From: Eledone cirrhosa
Taxonomy: Eukaryota
DNA length: 64,000 bases
Reading direction: 5' to 3'
Assembly (NCBI GenBank): GCA_964016885.1
Contig: OZ024745.1
Span: forward strand, 4,712,001-4,776,000
Below the pieces are notes generated by a model, which saw only the letters and a program-made list of their open reading frames with translations, was not told the origin of the DNA and ran no database searches. Positions 11,520 through 26,500 of this stretch are shown piece after piece. Positions within the stretch are counted from its first letter, which is position 1. Each line of letters begins with the position of its first letter. The position numbers and the translations under genes were made by a program.

Positions 11520-14500
11520 TAGAGTAGTGTAATTAGACTCGTATTTAGACTAGTGTAATTTAGACTAGTGTAATTTAGACTAGTGTAATTTAGATTACTA
11601 ATTTAGACTAGTAATATAGACTAGTGTAATTTAGACTAGTAATTTAGACTAGTGTAATTTAGGCTAGAGTAAATTAGATTAGTAATTTAGACTAGTAATT
11701 TAGACTAGTGTAATTAGACTAGTGTAATTTAGACTAGTGTAATTTAGACTAGTGTAATTTAGACTAGTAATTTAGACTAGTAATTTAGACTAGTGTAATT
11801 TAGACTAGTAATTTAGACTAGTAATTTAGACTAGTGTAATTTAGACTAGTGTAATTTAGACTAGTAATTTAGACTAGTAATTTAGACTAGTGTAATTTAG
11901 ACTAGTGTAATTTAGATTACTAATTTAGACTAGTAATATAGACTAGTGTAATTTAGACTAGTAATTTAGACTAGTGTAATTTAGGCTAGTGTAAATTAGA
12001 TTAGTAATTTAGACTAGTAATTTAGACTAGTGTAATTAGACTAGTGTAATTTAGACTAGTGTAATTTAGACTAGTAATTTAGACTAGTAATTTAGACTAG
12101 TGTAATTTAGACTAGTAATTTAGACTAGTGTAATTAGACTAGTGTAATTTAGACTAGTGTAATTTAGACTAGTAATTTAGACTAGTAATTTAGACTAGTG
12201 TAATTTAGACTACTAATTTAGACTAGTAATTTAGACTAATGTAATTTAGACTAGTGTAATTTAGACTAGTGTAATTTAGACTAGTAATTTAGACTAGTAA
12301 TTTAGACTAGTGTAATTTAGACTAGTAATTTAGACTAGTAATTTAGACTAGTGTAATTTAGACTAGTAATTTAGACTAGTAATTTAGACTAGTGTAATTT
12401 AGACTAGTGTAATTTAGACTAGTAATTTAGACTAGTGTAATTTAGACTAGTGTAATTTAGACTAGTAATTTAGACTAGTAATTTAGACTAGTGTAATTTA
12501 GACTAGTGTAATTTAGACTAGTAATTTAGACTAGTAATTTAGACTAGTGTAATTTAGACTAGTGTAATTTAGATTACTAATTTAGACTAGTAATATAGAC
12601 TAGTGTAATTTAGACTAGTAATTTAGACTAGTGTAATTTAGGCTAGTGTAAATTAGATTAGTAATTTAGACTAGTAATTTAGACTAGTGTAATTAGACTA
12701 GTGTAATTTAGACTAGTGTAATTTAGACTAGTGTAATTTAGACTAGTAATTTAGACTAGTAATTTAGACTAGTGTAATTTAGACTAGTAATTTAGACTAG
12801 TAATTTAGACTAGTGTAATTTAGACTAGTAATTTAGACTAGTAATTTAGACTAGTGTAATTTAGACTAGTGTAATTTAGACTAGTAATTTAGACTAGTAA
12901 TTTAGACTAGTGTAATTTAGACTAGTGTAATTTAGACTAGTAATTTAGACTAGTAATTTAGACTAGTAATTCAGACTAGTAATTTAGACTAGTGTAATTT
13001 AGATTAGTGTAATTTAGACTAGTAATTTAGACTAATGTAATTTAGACTAGTAATTTAGACTAGTAATTTAGACTAGTAATTCAGACTAGTAATTCAGACT
13101 AGTAATTTAGACTAGTGTAATTTAGACTAGTGTAATTTAGACTAGTAATTTAGACTAGTAATTTAGACTAGTGTAATTTAGACTAGTGTAATTTAGACTA
13201 GTAATTTAGACTAGTGTAATTTAGACTAGTGTAATTTAGACAAGTATTATTTAGACTAGTAATTTAGGCTAGTAATTTAGACTAGTGTAATTTCGACTAG
13301 TGTAATTTAGACTACTAATTTAGACTAGTAATATAGACTAGTGTAATTTAGACTAGTGTAATTTAGACTAGTAATTTAGACTAGTAATTTAGACTAGTGT
13401 AATTAAGACTAGTCAATTAGACTAGTAATTTAGAGTAGTGTAATTTAGACTAGTGTAATATAGAGTACTGTAATTTAAACTAGTAATTTAGACTAGTGTA
13501 ATTTAGATTAGTAATTTAGAGTAGTGTAATTTAGACTAGTAATTTAGACTAGTGTAATTTGGAGTAGTATAATTTAGACTAGTGTAATTTAGACTAGTAA
13601 TTTAGACTAGTGTAATTTGGAGTAGTATAATTTAGACTAGTGGAATTTAGACTAGTAATTTAGACTAGTAATTTAGACTAGTGTAATTTAGACTAGTGTA
13701 ATTTAGACTAGTAATTTAGACTAGTAATTTAGACTAGTAATTTAGACTAGTGTAATTTAGACTAGTGTAATTTATACTAGTGTAATTTAGACTAGTGTAA
13801 TTTAGACTAGTAATTGAGACTAGTAATTTAGACTAATGTAATTTAGACTAGTGTAATTTAGACTAGTGTAATTTATACTAGTGTAATTTAGACTAGTGTA
13901 ATTTAGACTAGTAATTGAGACTAGTAATTTAGACTAATGTAATTTAGACTAGTGTAATTTAGACTAGTAATTTAGAGTAGTGTAATTTAGACTAGTGTAA
14001 TTTAGACTAGTAATATAGACTAGTGTAATTTAGACTAGTGTAATTTAGACTAGTAATTTAGACTAGTAGTTTAGACTAGTGTAATTAAGACTAGTAAATT
14101 ACACTAGTAAATTACACTAGTAATTTAGAGTAGTGTAATTTAGTCTAGTGTAATTTAGACTAGTGTAATTTAAACTAGTAATTTAGACAAGTAATTTAGA
14201 CTAGTGTAATTTAGACTAGTGTAATTTAGACTAGTGTAATTTAGAGTAGTGTAATTTAGACTAGTAATTTAGACTAGTGTAATTTGTACTAGTATAATTT
14301 AGACTAGTGTAATTTAGACTAGTGATTTAGACTAGTAATTTAGACTACTCTAATTTAGTCTAGTATAATTTAGACTAGTAATTTAGGCTAGTGTGATTTA
14401 GACTAGGGTAATTTAGACTAGTGTAATTTAGACTAGTGTAATTTAGACTAGTGTAATTTAGACTAGTGTAATTTAGACTAGTGTAATTTAGACTAGTGTA

Positions 14501-17500
14501 ATGTAGACTAGTGTAATTTAGACTAGTGTAATTTAGACTACTAATTGAGAGTAGTAATATAGAGTAGTGTAATTTAGACTAGTGTAATTTAGACTAGTAA
14601 TTTAGACTAGTGTAATTTAGACAAGTGTAATTTAGACTAGTGTAATTTGGACTAGTGATTTAGACTGGTGTAATTTAGACTAGTAATTTAGACTAGTGTA
14701 ATTTAAAGTAGTAATTTAGACTAGTGTAATTTAGACTAGTAATTTTGAGTATTGTAATTTAGACTAGTGTAATTTAGACTAGTGTAATTTAGACTAGTAA
14801 TTTAGACAAGTGTAATTTAGACTAGTGTAATTTAGACTAGTGTACTTTAGACTAGTGTAATGTACACTAGTAATTTAGACTAGTAATTTAGACTAGTGTA
14901 ATTTAGACTAGTAATTTAGACTAGTGTAATTTAGACTAGTAATTTAGACTAGTGTAATTTAGACTAGTGTAATTTAGACTAGGGTAATTTAGACTAGTAT
15001 AATTTAGACTAGTGTAACTTAGACTAGTGTAATTTAGACTAGTGTAATTTAGAGTAGTGTAATTTAGACTAATGTAATTTAGACTAGTAATTTCGACTAG
15101 TAATTTAGACTAGTGTAATTTTGACTAGTAATTTAGACTAGTAATTTAGACTTGTGTACTTTAGACTAGTGTAATTTGACTAGTAATTTAGACTAGTGTA
15201 ATTTAGACTAGTGTAATTTAAACTAGTGTAATTTAGACTAGTGTAATTTAGACTAGGGTAATTTAAACTAGTGTAATTTAGACTAGTGTAATTTAGACTA
15301 CTAATCTAGACTAGTGTAATTTAGACTAGTGTAATTTAGACTGTGTAATTTAGACTAGTGTAATTTAGACTACTAATTTAGACTAGTAATTTAGACCAGT
15401 GTAATTTAGACTAGTAAATTAGACTAGTAATTTAGACTAGTGTAATTTAGACAAGTGTAATTTAGACTAGTGTAATTTAGACTAGTGTAATTTAAAGTAG
15501 TAATTTAGACTAGTGTAATTTAGACTAGTAATCTTGAGTAGTGTAATTTAGACTAGTGTAATTTAGACTAGTGTAATTTAGACTAGTGTAATTTAAACTA
15601 GTAATTTAGACTAGTGTAATTTAGATTAGTAATTTAGAGTAGTGTAATTTAGACTAGTGTAATTTAGACTAGTAATTTAGACTAGTAACTTAGACTAGTG
15701 TAATTAAGACTAGTAAATTAGACTAGTAATTTAGAGCAGTGTAATTTAGACTAGTGTAATTTAGACTAGTGTAATTTAGACTAGTAATTTAGACAAGTAA
15801 TTTAGACTAGTGTAATTTAGACTAGTTTAATTTAGACTAGTGTAATTTAAACTAGTAATTTAGACTAGTGTAATTTAGATTAGTAATTTAGAGTAGTGTA
15901 ATTTAGACTAGTAATTTAGACTAGTGTAATTTGTACTAGTATAATTTAGACTAGTAATTTAGACTAGTAATTTAGAATAGTCTAATTTAGACTAGTGTAA
16001 TTCAGACTAGTAATTTAGGCTAGTGTGATTTAGACTAGGGTAATTTAGACTAGTGTAATTTAGACTAGTGTAATTTAGACTAGTGTAATTTAGACTAGTG
16101 TAATTTAGACTAGTGTAATTTAGACCAGTGTAATTTAGACTAGTGTAATTTAGACTACTAATTTAGACTAGTGTAATTTAGACTAGTGTAATTTAGACTA
16201 GTGTAATTTAGACTAGTGTAATTTAGACTAGTGTAATTTAGACTACTAATTTAGACTAGTAATATAGAGTAGTGTAATTTAGACTAGTAATTTAGACTAG
16301 TGTAATTTAGACTACTAAATTAGACTAGTAATTTAGACTAGTGTAATTTAGACTAGTGTAATTTGGACTAGTGATTTAGACTGGTGTAATTTAGACTAGT
16401 AATTTAGACTAGTGTAATTTAAAGTAGTAATTTAGACTAATGTAATTTAGACTAGTGTAATTTAGACTAGTAATTTAGACTAGTAATATAAACTACTGTA
16501 ATTTAGACTAGTGTAATTTAGACTAGTGTATTTTAGACTAGTGTAATGTACACTAGTAATTTAGACTAGTAATTTAGACTAGTGTAATTTAGACTAGTAA
16601 TTTAGACTAGTGTAATTTAGACGTGTAATTTAGACTAGTATAATTTAGACTAGTGTAACTTAGACTAGTGTAATTTAGACTAGTGTAATTTAGAGTAGTG
16701 TAATTTAGACTAATATAATTTAGACTAGTAATTTCGACTAGTAATTTAGACTAGTGTAATTTAGACTAGTGTAATTTTGACTAGTAATTTAGACTAGTAA
16801 TTTAGACTTGTGTAATTTAGACTAGTGTAATTTAGACTAGTGTAATTTAGACTAGTAATTTAGACTAGTGTAATTTAGACTAGTGTAATTTAAACTAGTG
16901 TAATTTAGACTAGTGTAGTTTAGACTAGTGTAATTTAGACTAGTGTAATTTAGACTAGGGTAATTAAGAGTAGTGTAATTTAGACTAGTGTAATTTAGAC
17001 TAGTGTAATTTAGACTACTAATTTAGACTAGTGTAATTTAGACTAGTGTAAATTAGACTAGTAACTTAGACTAGTAATTTAGACTAGTGTAATTTAGACT
17101 AGTGTAATTTAGACTAGTGTAATTTTGACTAGTATAATTTAGACTAATAATTTAGACTAATAATTTAGACTAGTAATTTAAACTAGTGTAATTTAGACTA
17201 GTCTAATTTCGACTAGTGTAATTTATACTAGTGTAATTTAGCGTAGTGTAATTTAGACTAATGTAATTTAGACTAGTAATTTCGTCTAGTAATTTAGACT
17301 AGTGTAATTTAGACTAGTGTAATTCAGACTAGTGTAATTTTGACTAGTAATTTAGACTAGTGTAATTTAGACTAGTGTAATTTAAACTAGTGTAATTTAG
17401 ACTAGTGTAATTTAGATTAGTAATTTAGAGTAGTGTAATTTAGACTAGTGTAATTTAAACTAGTGTAATTTAGACTAGTGTAATTTAGATTAGTAATTTA

Positions 17501-20500
17501 GAGTAGTGTAATTTAGACTAGTGTAATTTAGACTAGTGTAATTTAGACTAGTAATTTAGAGAAGTAATTTAGACTAGTGTAATTTAGACTAGTGTAATTT
17601 AGACTAGTGTAATTTAAACTAGTAATTTAGACTAGTGTAATTTAGATTAGTAATTTAGAGTAGTGTAATTTAGACTAGTAATTTAGACTAGTGTAATTTG
17701 TACTAGTATAATTTAGACTAGTGTAATTTAGACTAGTAATTTAGGCTAGTGTGATTTAGACTAGGGTAATTTAGACTAGTGTAATTTAGACTAGTGTAAT
17801 TTAGACTAGTGTAATTTAGACTAGTGTAATTTAGACTAGTGTAATTTAGACCAGTGTAATTTAGACTAGTGTAATTTAGACTACTAATTTAGACTAGTGT
17901 AATTTAGACTAGTGTAATTTAGACTACTAATTTAGACTAGTAATATAGAGTAGTGTAATTTAGACTAGTAATTTAGACTAGTGTAATTTAGACTACTAAA
18001 TTAGACTAGTAATTTAGACTAGTGTAATTTAGACTAGTGTAATTTGGACTAGTGATTTTGACTGGTGTAATTTAGACTAGTAATTTAGACTAGTGTAATT
18101 TAAAGTAGTAATTTAGACTAATGTAATTTAGACTAGTGTAATTTAGACTAGTAATTTAGACTAGTAATATAAACTACTGTAATTTAGACTAGTGTAATTT
18201 AGACTAGTGTATTTTAGACTAGTGTAATGTACACTAGTAATTTAGACTAGTAATTTAGACTAGTGTAATTTAGACTAGTAATTTAGACTAGTGTAATTTA
18301 GACGTGTAATTTAGACTAGTGTAATTTAGATTAGTGTAATTTAGACTAGTATAATTTAGACTAGTGTAACTTAGACTAGTGTAATTTAGACTAGTGTAAT
18401 TTAGAGTAGTGTAATTTAGACTAATATAATTTAGACTAGTAATTTCGACTAGTAATTTAGACTAGTGTAATTTAGACTAGTGTAATTTTGACTAGTAATT
18501 TAGACTAGTAATTTAGACTTGTGTAATTTAGACTAGTGTAATTTAGACTAGTAATTTAGACTAGTGTAATTTAGACTAGTGTAATTTAAACTAGTGTAAT
18601 TTAGACTAGTGTAGTTTAGACTAGTGTAATTTAGACTAGTGTAATTTAGACTAGTGTAATTTAGACTAGGGTAATTAAGAGTAGTGTAATTTAGACTAGT
18701 GTAATTTAGACTAGTGTAATTTAGACTAGTGTAATTTAGACTACTAATTTAGACTAGTGTAATTTAGACTAGTGTAAATTAGACTAGTAACTTAGACTAG
18801 TAATTTAGACTAGTGTAATTTAGACTAGTGTAATTTAGACTAGTGTAATTTAGACTAGTGTAATTTTGACTAGTATAATTTAGACTAATAATTTAGACTA
18901 ATAATTTAGACTAGTAATTTAAACTAGTGTAATTTAGACTAGTCTAATTTGGACTAGTGTAATTTATACTAGTGTAATTTAGCGTAGTGTAATTTAGACT
19001 AATGTAATTTAGACTAGTAATTTCGTCTAGTAATTTAGACTAGTGTAATTTAGACTAGTGTAATTCAGACTAGTGTAATTTAGATTAGTAATTTAGAGTA
19101 GTGTAATTTAGACTAGTGTAATTTAGACTAGTGTAATTTAGACTAGTAATTTAGAGAAGTAATTTAGACTAGTGTAATTTAGACTAGTGTAATTTAGACT
19201 AGTGTAATTTAGACTAGTGTAATTTAGACGAGTGTAATTTAGACTAGTGTGATTTAGACTAGTAATTTAGGCTAGTGTGATTTAGACTAGGGTAATTTAG
19301 ACTAGTGTAATTTAGACTAGTGTAATTTAGACTAGTATAATTTAGACTAGTGTAATTTAGACCAGTGTAATTTAGACTAGTGTAATTTAGACTACTAATT
19401 TAGACTAGTGTAATTTAGACTAGTGTAATTTAGACTAGTGTAATTTAGACTACTAATTTAGACTAGTAATATAGAGTAGTGTAATTTAGACTAGTAATTT
19501 AGACTAGTGTAATTTAGACTACTAAATTAGACTAGTAATTTAGACTAGTGTAATTTAGACTAGTGTAATTTGGACTAGTGATTTTGACTGGTGTAATTTA
19601 GACTAGTAATTTAGACTAGTAATTTAGACTAGTGTAATTTAAAGTAGTAATTTAGACTAATGTAATTTAGACTAGTGTAATTTAGACTAGTAATTTAGAC
19701 TAGTAATATAAACTACTGTAATTTAGACTAGTGTAATTTAGACTAGTGTATTTTAGACTAGTGTAATGTACACTAGTAATTTAGACTAGTAATTTAGACT
19801 AGTGTAATTTAGACGTGTAATTTAGACTAGTGTAATTTAGATTAGTGTAATTTAGACTAGTATAATTTAGACTAGTGTAACTTAGACTAGTGTAATTTAG
19901 ACTAGTGTAATTTAGAGTAGTGTAATTTAGACTAATATAATTTAGACTAGTAATTTCGACTAGTAATTTAGACTAGTGTAATTTAGACTAGTGTAATTTT
20001 GACTAGTAATTTAGACTAGTAATTTAGACTTGTGTAATTTAGACTAGTGTAATTTAGACTAGTAATTTAGACTAGTGTAATTTAGACTAGTGTAATTTAA
20101 ACTAGTGTAATTTAGACTAGTGTAGTTTAGACTAGTGTAATTTAGACTAGTGTAATTTAGACTAGTGTAATTTAGACTAGGGTAATTAAGAGTAGTGTAA
20201 TTTAGACTAGTGTAATTTAGACTAGTGTAATTTAGACTACTAATTTAGACTAGTGTAATTTAGACTAGTGTAAATTAGACTAGTAACTTAGACTAGTAAT
20301 TTAGACTACTGTAATTTAGACTAGTGTAATTTAGACTAGTGTAATTTAGACTAGTGTAATTTTGACTAGTATAATTTAGACTAATAATTTAGACTAATAA
20401 TTTAGACTAGTAATTTAAACTAGTGTAATTTAGACTAGTCTAATTTCGACTAGTGTAATTTATACTAGTGTAATTTAGCGTAGTGTAATTTAGACTAATG

Positions 20501-23500
20501 TAAGTTAGACTAGTAATTTCGTCTAGTAATTTAGACTAGTGTAATTTAGACTAGTGTAATTCAGACTAGTGTAATTTTGACTAGTAATTTAGACTAGTGT
20601 AATTTAGACTAGTGTAATTTAAACTAGTAATTTAGAGAAGTAATTTAGACTAGTGTAATTTAGACTAGTGTAATTTAGACTAGTAATTTAGACTAGTGTA
20701 ATTTAGATTAGTAATTTAGAGTAGTGTAATTTAGACTAGTAATTTAGACTAGTGTAATTTGTACTAGTATAATTTAGACTAGTGTATTTTAGACTAGTAA
20801 TTTAGACTAGGGTAATTTAGACTAGTGTAATTTAGACTAGTGTAATTTAGACTAGTGTAATTTTGTCTAGTGTAATTTAGACTACTAATTTAGACTAGTG
20901 TAATTTAGACTAGTGTAATTTAGACTAGTGTAATTTAGACGAGTGTAATTTAGACTAGTGTAATTTAGACTACCAATTTAGACTAGTAATATAGAGTAGT
21001 GTAATTTAGACTAGTGTAATTTAGACTAGTAATTTAGACTAGTGTAAATTAGACTAGTAAATTAGACTAGTGTAATTTGGACTAGTGATTTAGACTGGTG
21101 TAATTTAGACTAGTAATTTAGGCTAGTGTAATTTAGACTAGTGTAATTTAAAGTAGTTATTTAGACTAGTGTAATTTAGACTAGTAATTTTGAGTAGTGT
21201 AATTTAGACTAGTGTAATTTAGACTAGTAATATAAACTAGTGTAATTTAGACTAGTAATTTAGACTAGTGTAATTTAGACTAGTGTATTTTAGACTAGTG
21301 TAATTTAGACTAGTAATTTTGAGTAGTGTAATTTAGACTAGTGTAATTTAGACTAGTAATATAAACTAGTGTAATTTAGACTAGTAATTTAGACTAGTGT
21401 AATTTAGACTAGTGTATTTTAGACTAGTGTAATGTACACTAGTAATTTAGACTAGTAATTTAGACTAGTGTAATTTAGACTAGTAATTTAGACTAGTGTA
21501 AATTAGACTAGTAATTTAGACTAGTGTAATTTAGACTAGTATAATTTAGACTGGTGTAATTTAGACTAGTATAATTTAGACTAGTGTAACTTAGTCTAGT
21601 GTAATTTAGACTAGAGTAATTTAGAGTAGTGTAATTTAGACTAATGTAATTTAGACTAGTGTAATTTCGACTAGTAATTTAGACTAGTGTAATTTAGACT
21701 AATGTAATTTTGACTAGTAATTTAGACTAGTATTTTAGACTTGTGTAATTTAGACTAGTGTAATTTAGACTAGTAAATTAGACTAGTGTAATTTAGACTA
21801 GTGTAATTTAAACTAGTGTAATTTAGACTAGTGTAATTTAGACTAGTGTAATTTAGACTAGGGTAATTTAGAATAGTGTAATTTAGACTAGTGTAATTTA
21901 GACTACTAATTTAGACTAGTAATATAGAGTAGTGTAATTTAGACTAGTGTAATTTAGACTAGTATTTAGACCAGTGTAATTTAGACTAGTAAATTAGACT
22001 AGTAATTTAGACTAGTGTAATTTAGACTAGTGTAATTTAGACAAGTGTAATTTAGACTAGTGTAAGTTGGACTAGTGATTTAGACTAGTGTAATTTAGAT
22101 TAGTAATTTAGAGTAGTGTAATTTAGACTAGTGTAATTTAGACTAGTGTAATTTAGACTAGTAATTTAGACAAGTAATTTAGACTAGTGTAATTTAGATT
22201 AGTAATTTAGAGTAGTGTAATTTAGACTAGTAATTTAGACTAGTGTACTTTGTACTAGTATAATTTAGACTAGTGTAATTTAGACTAGTAATTTAGACTA
22301 GGGTAATTTAGACTAGTGTAATTTAGACTAGAGTAATTTAGACTAGTGTAATTTAGACTAGTGTAATTTAGACTACTAATTTAGACTAGTGTAATTTAGA
22401 CTAGTGTAATTTAGACTAGTGTAATTTAGACTAGTGTAATTTAGACTAGTGTAATTTAGACTACCAATTTAGACTAGTAATATAGAGTAGTGTAATGTAG
22501 ACTAGTGTAAATTAGACTAGTAAATTAGACTAGTAATTTAGACTAGTGTAATTTAGACTAGTGTAATTTAAACTAGTGTAATTTAGACTAGTGTAGTTTA
22601 GACTAGTGTAATTTAGACTAGTGTAATTTAGACTAGTGTAATTTAGACTAGGGTAATTAAGAGTAGTGTAATTTAGACTAGTGTAATTTAGACTAGTGTA
22701 ATTTAGACTACTAATTTAGACTAGTGTAATTTGAACTACTAATTTAGAGTAGTGTAACTTAGACTAGTGTAACTTAGACTAGTGTAATTTAGACTAGAGT
22801 AATTTAGACTACTAATTTAGACTAGTGTAATTAAGACTAGTGTAATTTGGACTAGTGTAACTTAGACTAGTGTAACTTAGACTAGTGTAATTTAGACTAG
22901 TGTAATTTAGACTAGTGTAATTAAGAGTAGTGTAATTTAGCCTAGTGTAATTTAGACTAGTGTAATTTAGACTAGTAATTTAGACTAGTAATATAAACTA
23001 GTGTAATTTAGACTACTAATTTAGACTAGTGTAATTTAGAGTAGTATAATTTAGACTAGTGTAATTTAGACTAGTGTAATTTAGACTAGTGTAATTTAGA
23101 CTAATGTAATTTAGACTAGTGTAATTTAGACTACCAATTTAGACTAGTGTAATTTAGACTAGTGTAATTTAGACTACTAATTTAGACTAGAGTAATTTAG
23201 ACTAGTGTAATTTAGACTAGTGTAATTTAAACTACTAATTTAGACTAGTGTAATTTAGACTAGAGCAATTTAGACTAGTGTAATTTAGACTAGTGTAATT
23301 TAGAATGTAATTTAGACTAGTGTAATTTGAACTACTAATTTAGACTAGTGTAATTTACACTAGTGTAATTTAGACTAGTGTAATTTAGACTACAGTAATT
23401 TAGACTACTAATTTAGACTAGTGTAATTTAGACTAGTGTAATTTAGACTAGTGTAACTTAGACTAGTGTAACTTAGACTAGTGTAATTTAGACTAGTGTA

Positions 23501-26500
23501 ATTTAAACTAGTGTAATTAAGAGTAGTGTAATTTAGCCTAGTGTAATTTAGACTAGTGTAATTTAGACTACTAATTTAGACTAGTGTAATTTAGACTAGT
23601 GTAATTTAGACTAGTGTAACTTAGACTAGTGTAACTTAGACTAGTGTAATTTAGACTAGTGTAATTTAGACTAGTGTAATTTAGACTAGTGTAATTTAGA
23701 CTAGTGTAATTTAGACTAGTGTAATTAAGAGAAGTGTAATTTAGCCTAGTGTAATTTAGACTAGTGTAATTTAAACTACTAATTTAGACTAGTGTAATTT
23801 AGACTAGTGTAATTTAGACTAGTGTAATTTAGATTACTAATTTAGACTAGTGTAATTTAGATTAGTGTAATTTAGACTAGTGTAATTTAGACTAGTGTAA
23901 TTTAGACTAGTGTAATTTAGACTACTAATTTAGACTAGTGTAATTTAGAGCAGTGTAATTCAGACTAGTGTAATTTAGACTAGTGTAATTTAGACTAGTG
24001 TAATTTAGACTAGTGTAATTTAGACTAGTGTAATTTACACTAGTGTAATTTAGACTAGTGTAATTTAGACTACTAATTTATACTAGTGTAATTTAGACTA
24101 GTGTAATTTAGACTAGTGTAATTTAGACTAGTGTAATTTAGACTAGTGTAATTTAGACTACTAATTTAGACTAGTGTAATTTAGAGTATTGTAATTTAGA
24201 CTAGTGTAATTTAGACTAGTGTAATTTAGACTACTAATTTAGACTAGTGTAATTTAGACTAGTGTAATTTAGACTAGTGTAATTTAAACTACTAATTTAG
24301 ACTAGTGTAATTTAGACTAGTGCAATTTAGACTAGTGTAATTTAGACTAGTGTAATTTAGTCTAGTGTAATTTAGACTAGTGTAATTTAAACTACTAATT
24401 TAGACTAGTGTAATTTAGACTAGTAATTTAGACTAGTGTGATTTAGACTAGGGTAATTTAGACTAGTGTAATTTAGACTAGTGTAATTTAGACTAGTATA
24501 ATTTAGACTAGTGTAATTTAGACCAGTGTAATTTAGACTAGTGTAATTTAGACTACTAATTTAGACTAGTGTAATTTAGACTAGTGTAATTTAGACTACT
24601 AATTTAGACTAGTAATATAGAGTAGTGTAATTTAGACTAGTAATTTAGACTAGTGTAATTTAGACTACTAAATTAGACTAGTAATTTAGACTAGTGTAAT
24701 TTAGACTAGTGTAATTTGGACTAGTGATTTTGACTGGTGTAATTTAGACTAGTAATTTAGACTAGTGTAATTTAAAGTAGTAATTTAGACTAATGTAATT
24801 TAGACTAGTGTAATTTAGACTAGTAATTTAGACTAGTAATATAAACTACTGTAATTTAGACTAGTGTAATTTAGACTAGTGTATTTTAGACTAGTGTAAT
24901 GTACACTAGTAATTTAGACTAGTAATTTAGACTAGTGTAATTTAGACTAGTAATTTAGACTAGTGTAATTTAGACGTGTAATTTAGACTAGTGTAAGTTA
25001 GATTAGTGTAATTTAGACTAGTATAATTTAGACTAGTGTAACTTAGACTAGTGTAATTTAGACTAGTGTAATTTAGAGTAGTGTAATTTAGACTAATATA
25101 ATTTAGACTAGTAATTTCGACTAGTAATTTAGACTAGTGTAATTTAGACTAGTGTAATTTAGACTAGTGTAATTTAGACTAGGGTAATTAAGAGTAGTGT
25201 AATTTAGACTAGTGTAATTTAGACTAGTGTAATTTAGACTACTAATTTAGACTAGTGTAATTTAGACTAGTGTAAATTAGACTAGTAACTTAGACTAATA
25301 ATTTAGACTAATAATTTAGACTAGTAATTTAAACTAGTGTAATTTAGACTAGTCTAATTTCGACTAGTGTAATTTATACTAGTGTAATTTAGCGTAGTGT
25401 AATTTAGACTAATGTAATTTAGACTAGTAATTTCGTCTAGTAATTTAGACTAGTGTAATTTAGACTAGTGTAATTCAGACTAGTGTAACTTTGACTAGTG
25501 TAATTTAAACTAGTGTAATTTAGACTAGTGTAATTTAGATTCGTAATTTAGAGTAGTGTAATTTAGACTAGTGTAATTTAGACTAGTGTAATTTAGACTA
25601 GTAATTTAGAGAAGTAATTTAGACTAGTGTAATTTAGACTAGTGTAATTTAGACTAGTGTAATTTAAACTAGTAATTTAGACTAGTGTAATTTAGATTAA
25701 TAATTTAGAGTAGTGTAATTTAGACTAGTAATTTAGACTAGTGTAATTTGTACTAGTATAATTTAGACTAGTGTATTTTAGACTAGTAATTTAGACTAGG
25801 GTAATTTAGACTAGTGTAATTTAGACTAGTGTAATTTAGACTAGTGTAATTTTGTCTAGTGTAATTTAGACTACTAATTTAGACTAGTGTAATTTAGACT
25901 AGTGTAATTTAGACTAGTGTAATTTAGACGAGTGTAATTTAGACTAGTGTAATTTAGACTACCAATTTAGACTAGTAATATAGAGTAGTGTAATTTAGAC
26001 TAGTGTAATTTAGACTAGTAATTTAGACTAGTGTAAATTAGACTAGTAAATTAGACTAGTAATTTAGACTAGTGTAATTTAGACTAGTGTAATTTAGACT
26101 AGTGTAATTTGGACTAGTGATTTAGACTGGTGTAATTTAGACTAGTAATTTAGGCTAGTGTAATTTAGACTAGTGTAATTTAAAGTAGTAATTTAGACTA
26201 GTGTAATTTAGACTAGTAATTTTGAGTAGTGTAATTTAGACTAGTGTAATTTAGACTAGTAATATAAACTAGTGTAATTTAGACTAGTAATTTAGACTAG
26301 TGTAATTTAGACTAGTGTATTTTAGACTAGTGTAATGTACACTAGTAATTTAGACTAGTAATTTAGACTAGTGTAATTTAGACTAGTAATTTAGACTAGT
26401 GTAAATTAGACTAGTAATTTAGACTAGTGTAATTTAGACTAGTATAATTTAGACTGGTGTAATTTAGACTAGTATAATTTAGACTAGTGTAACTTAGTCT

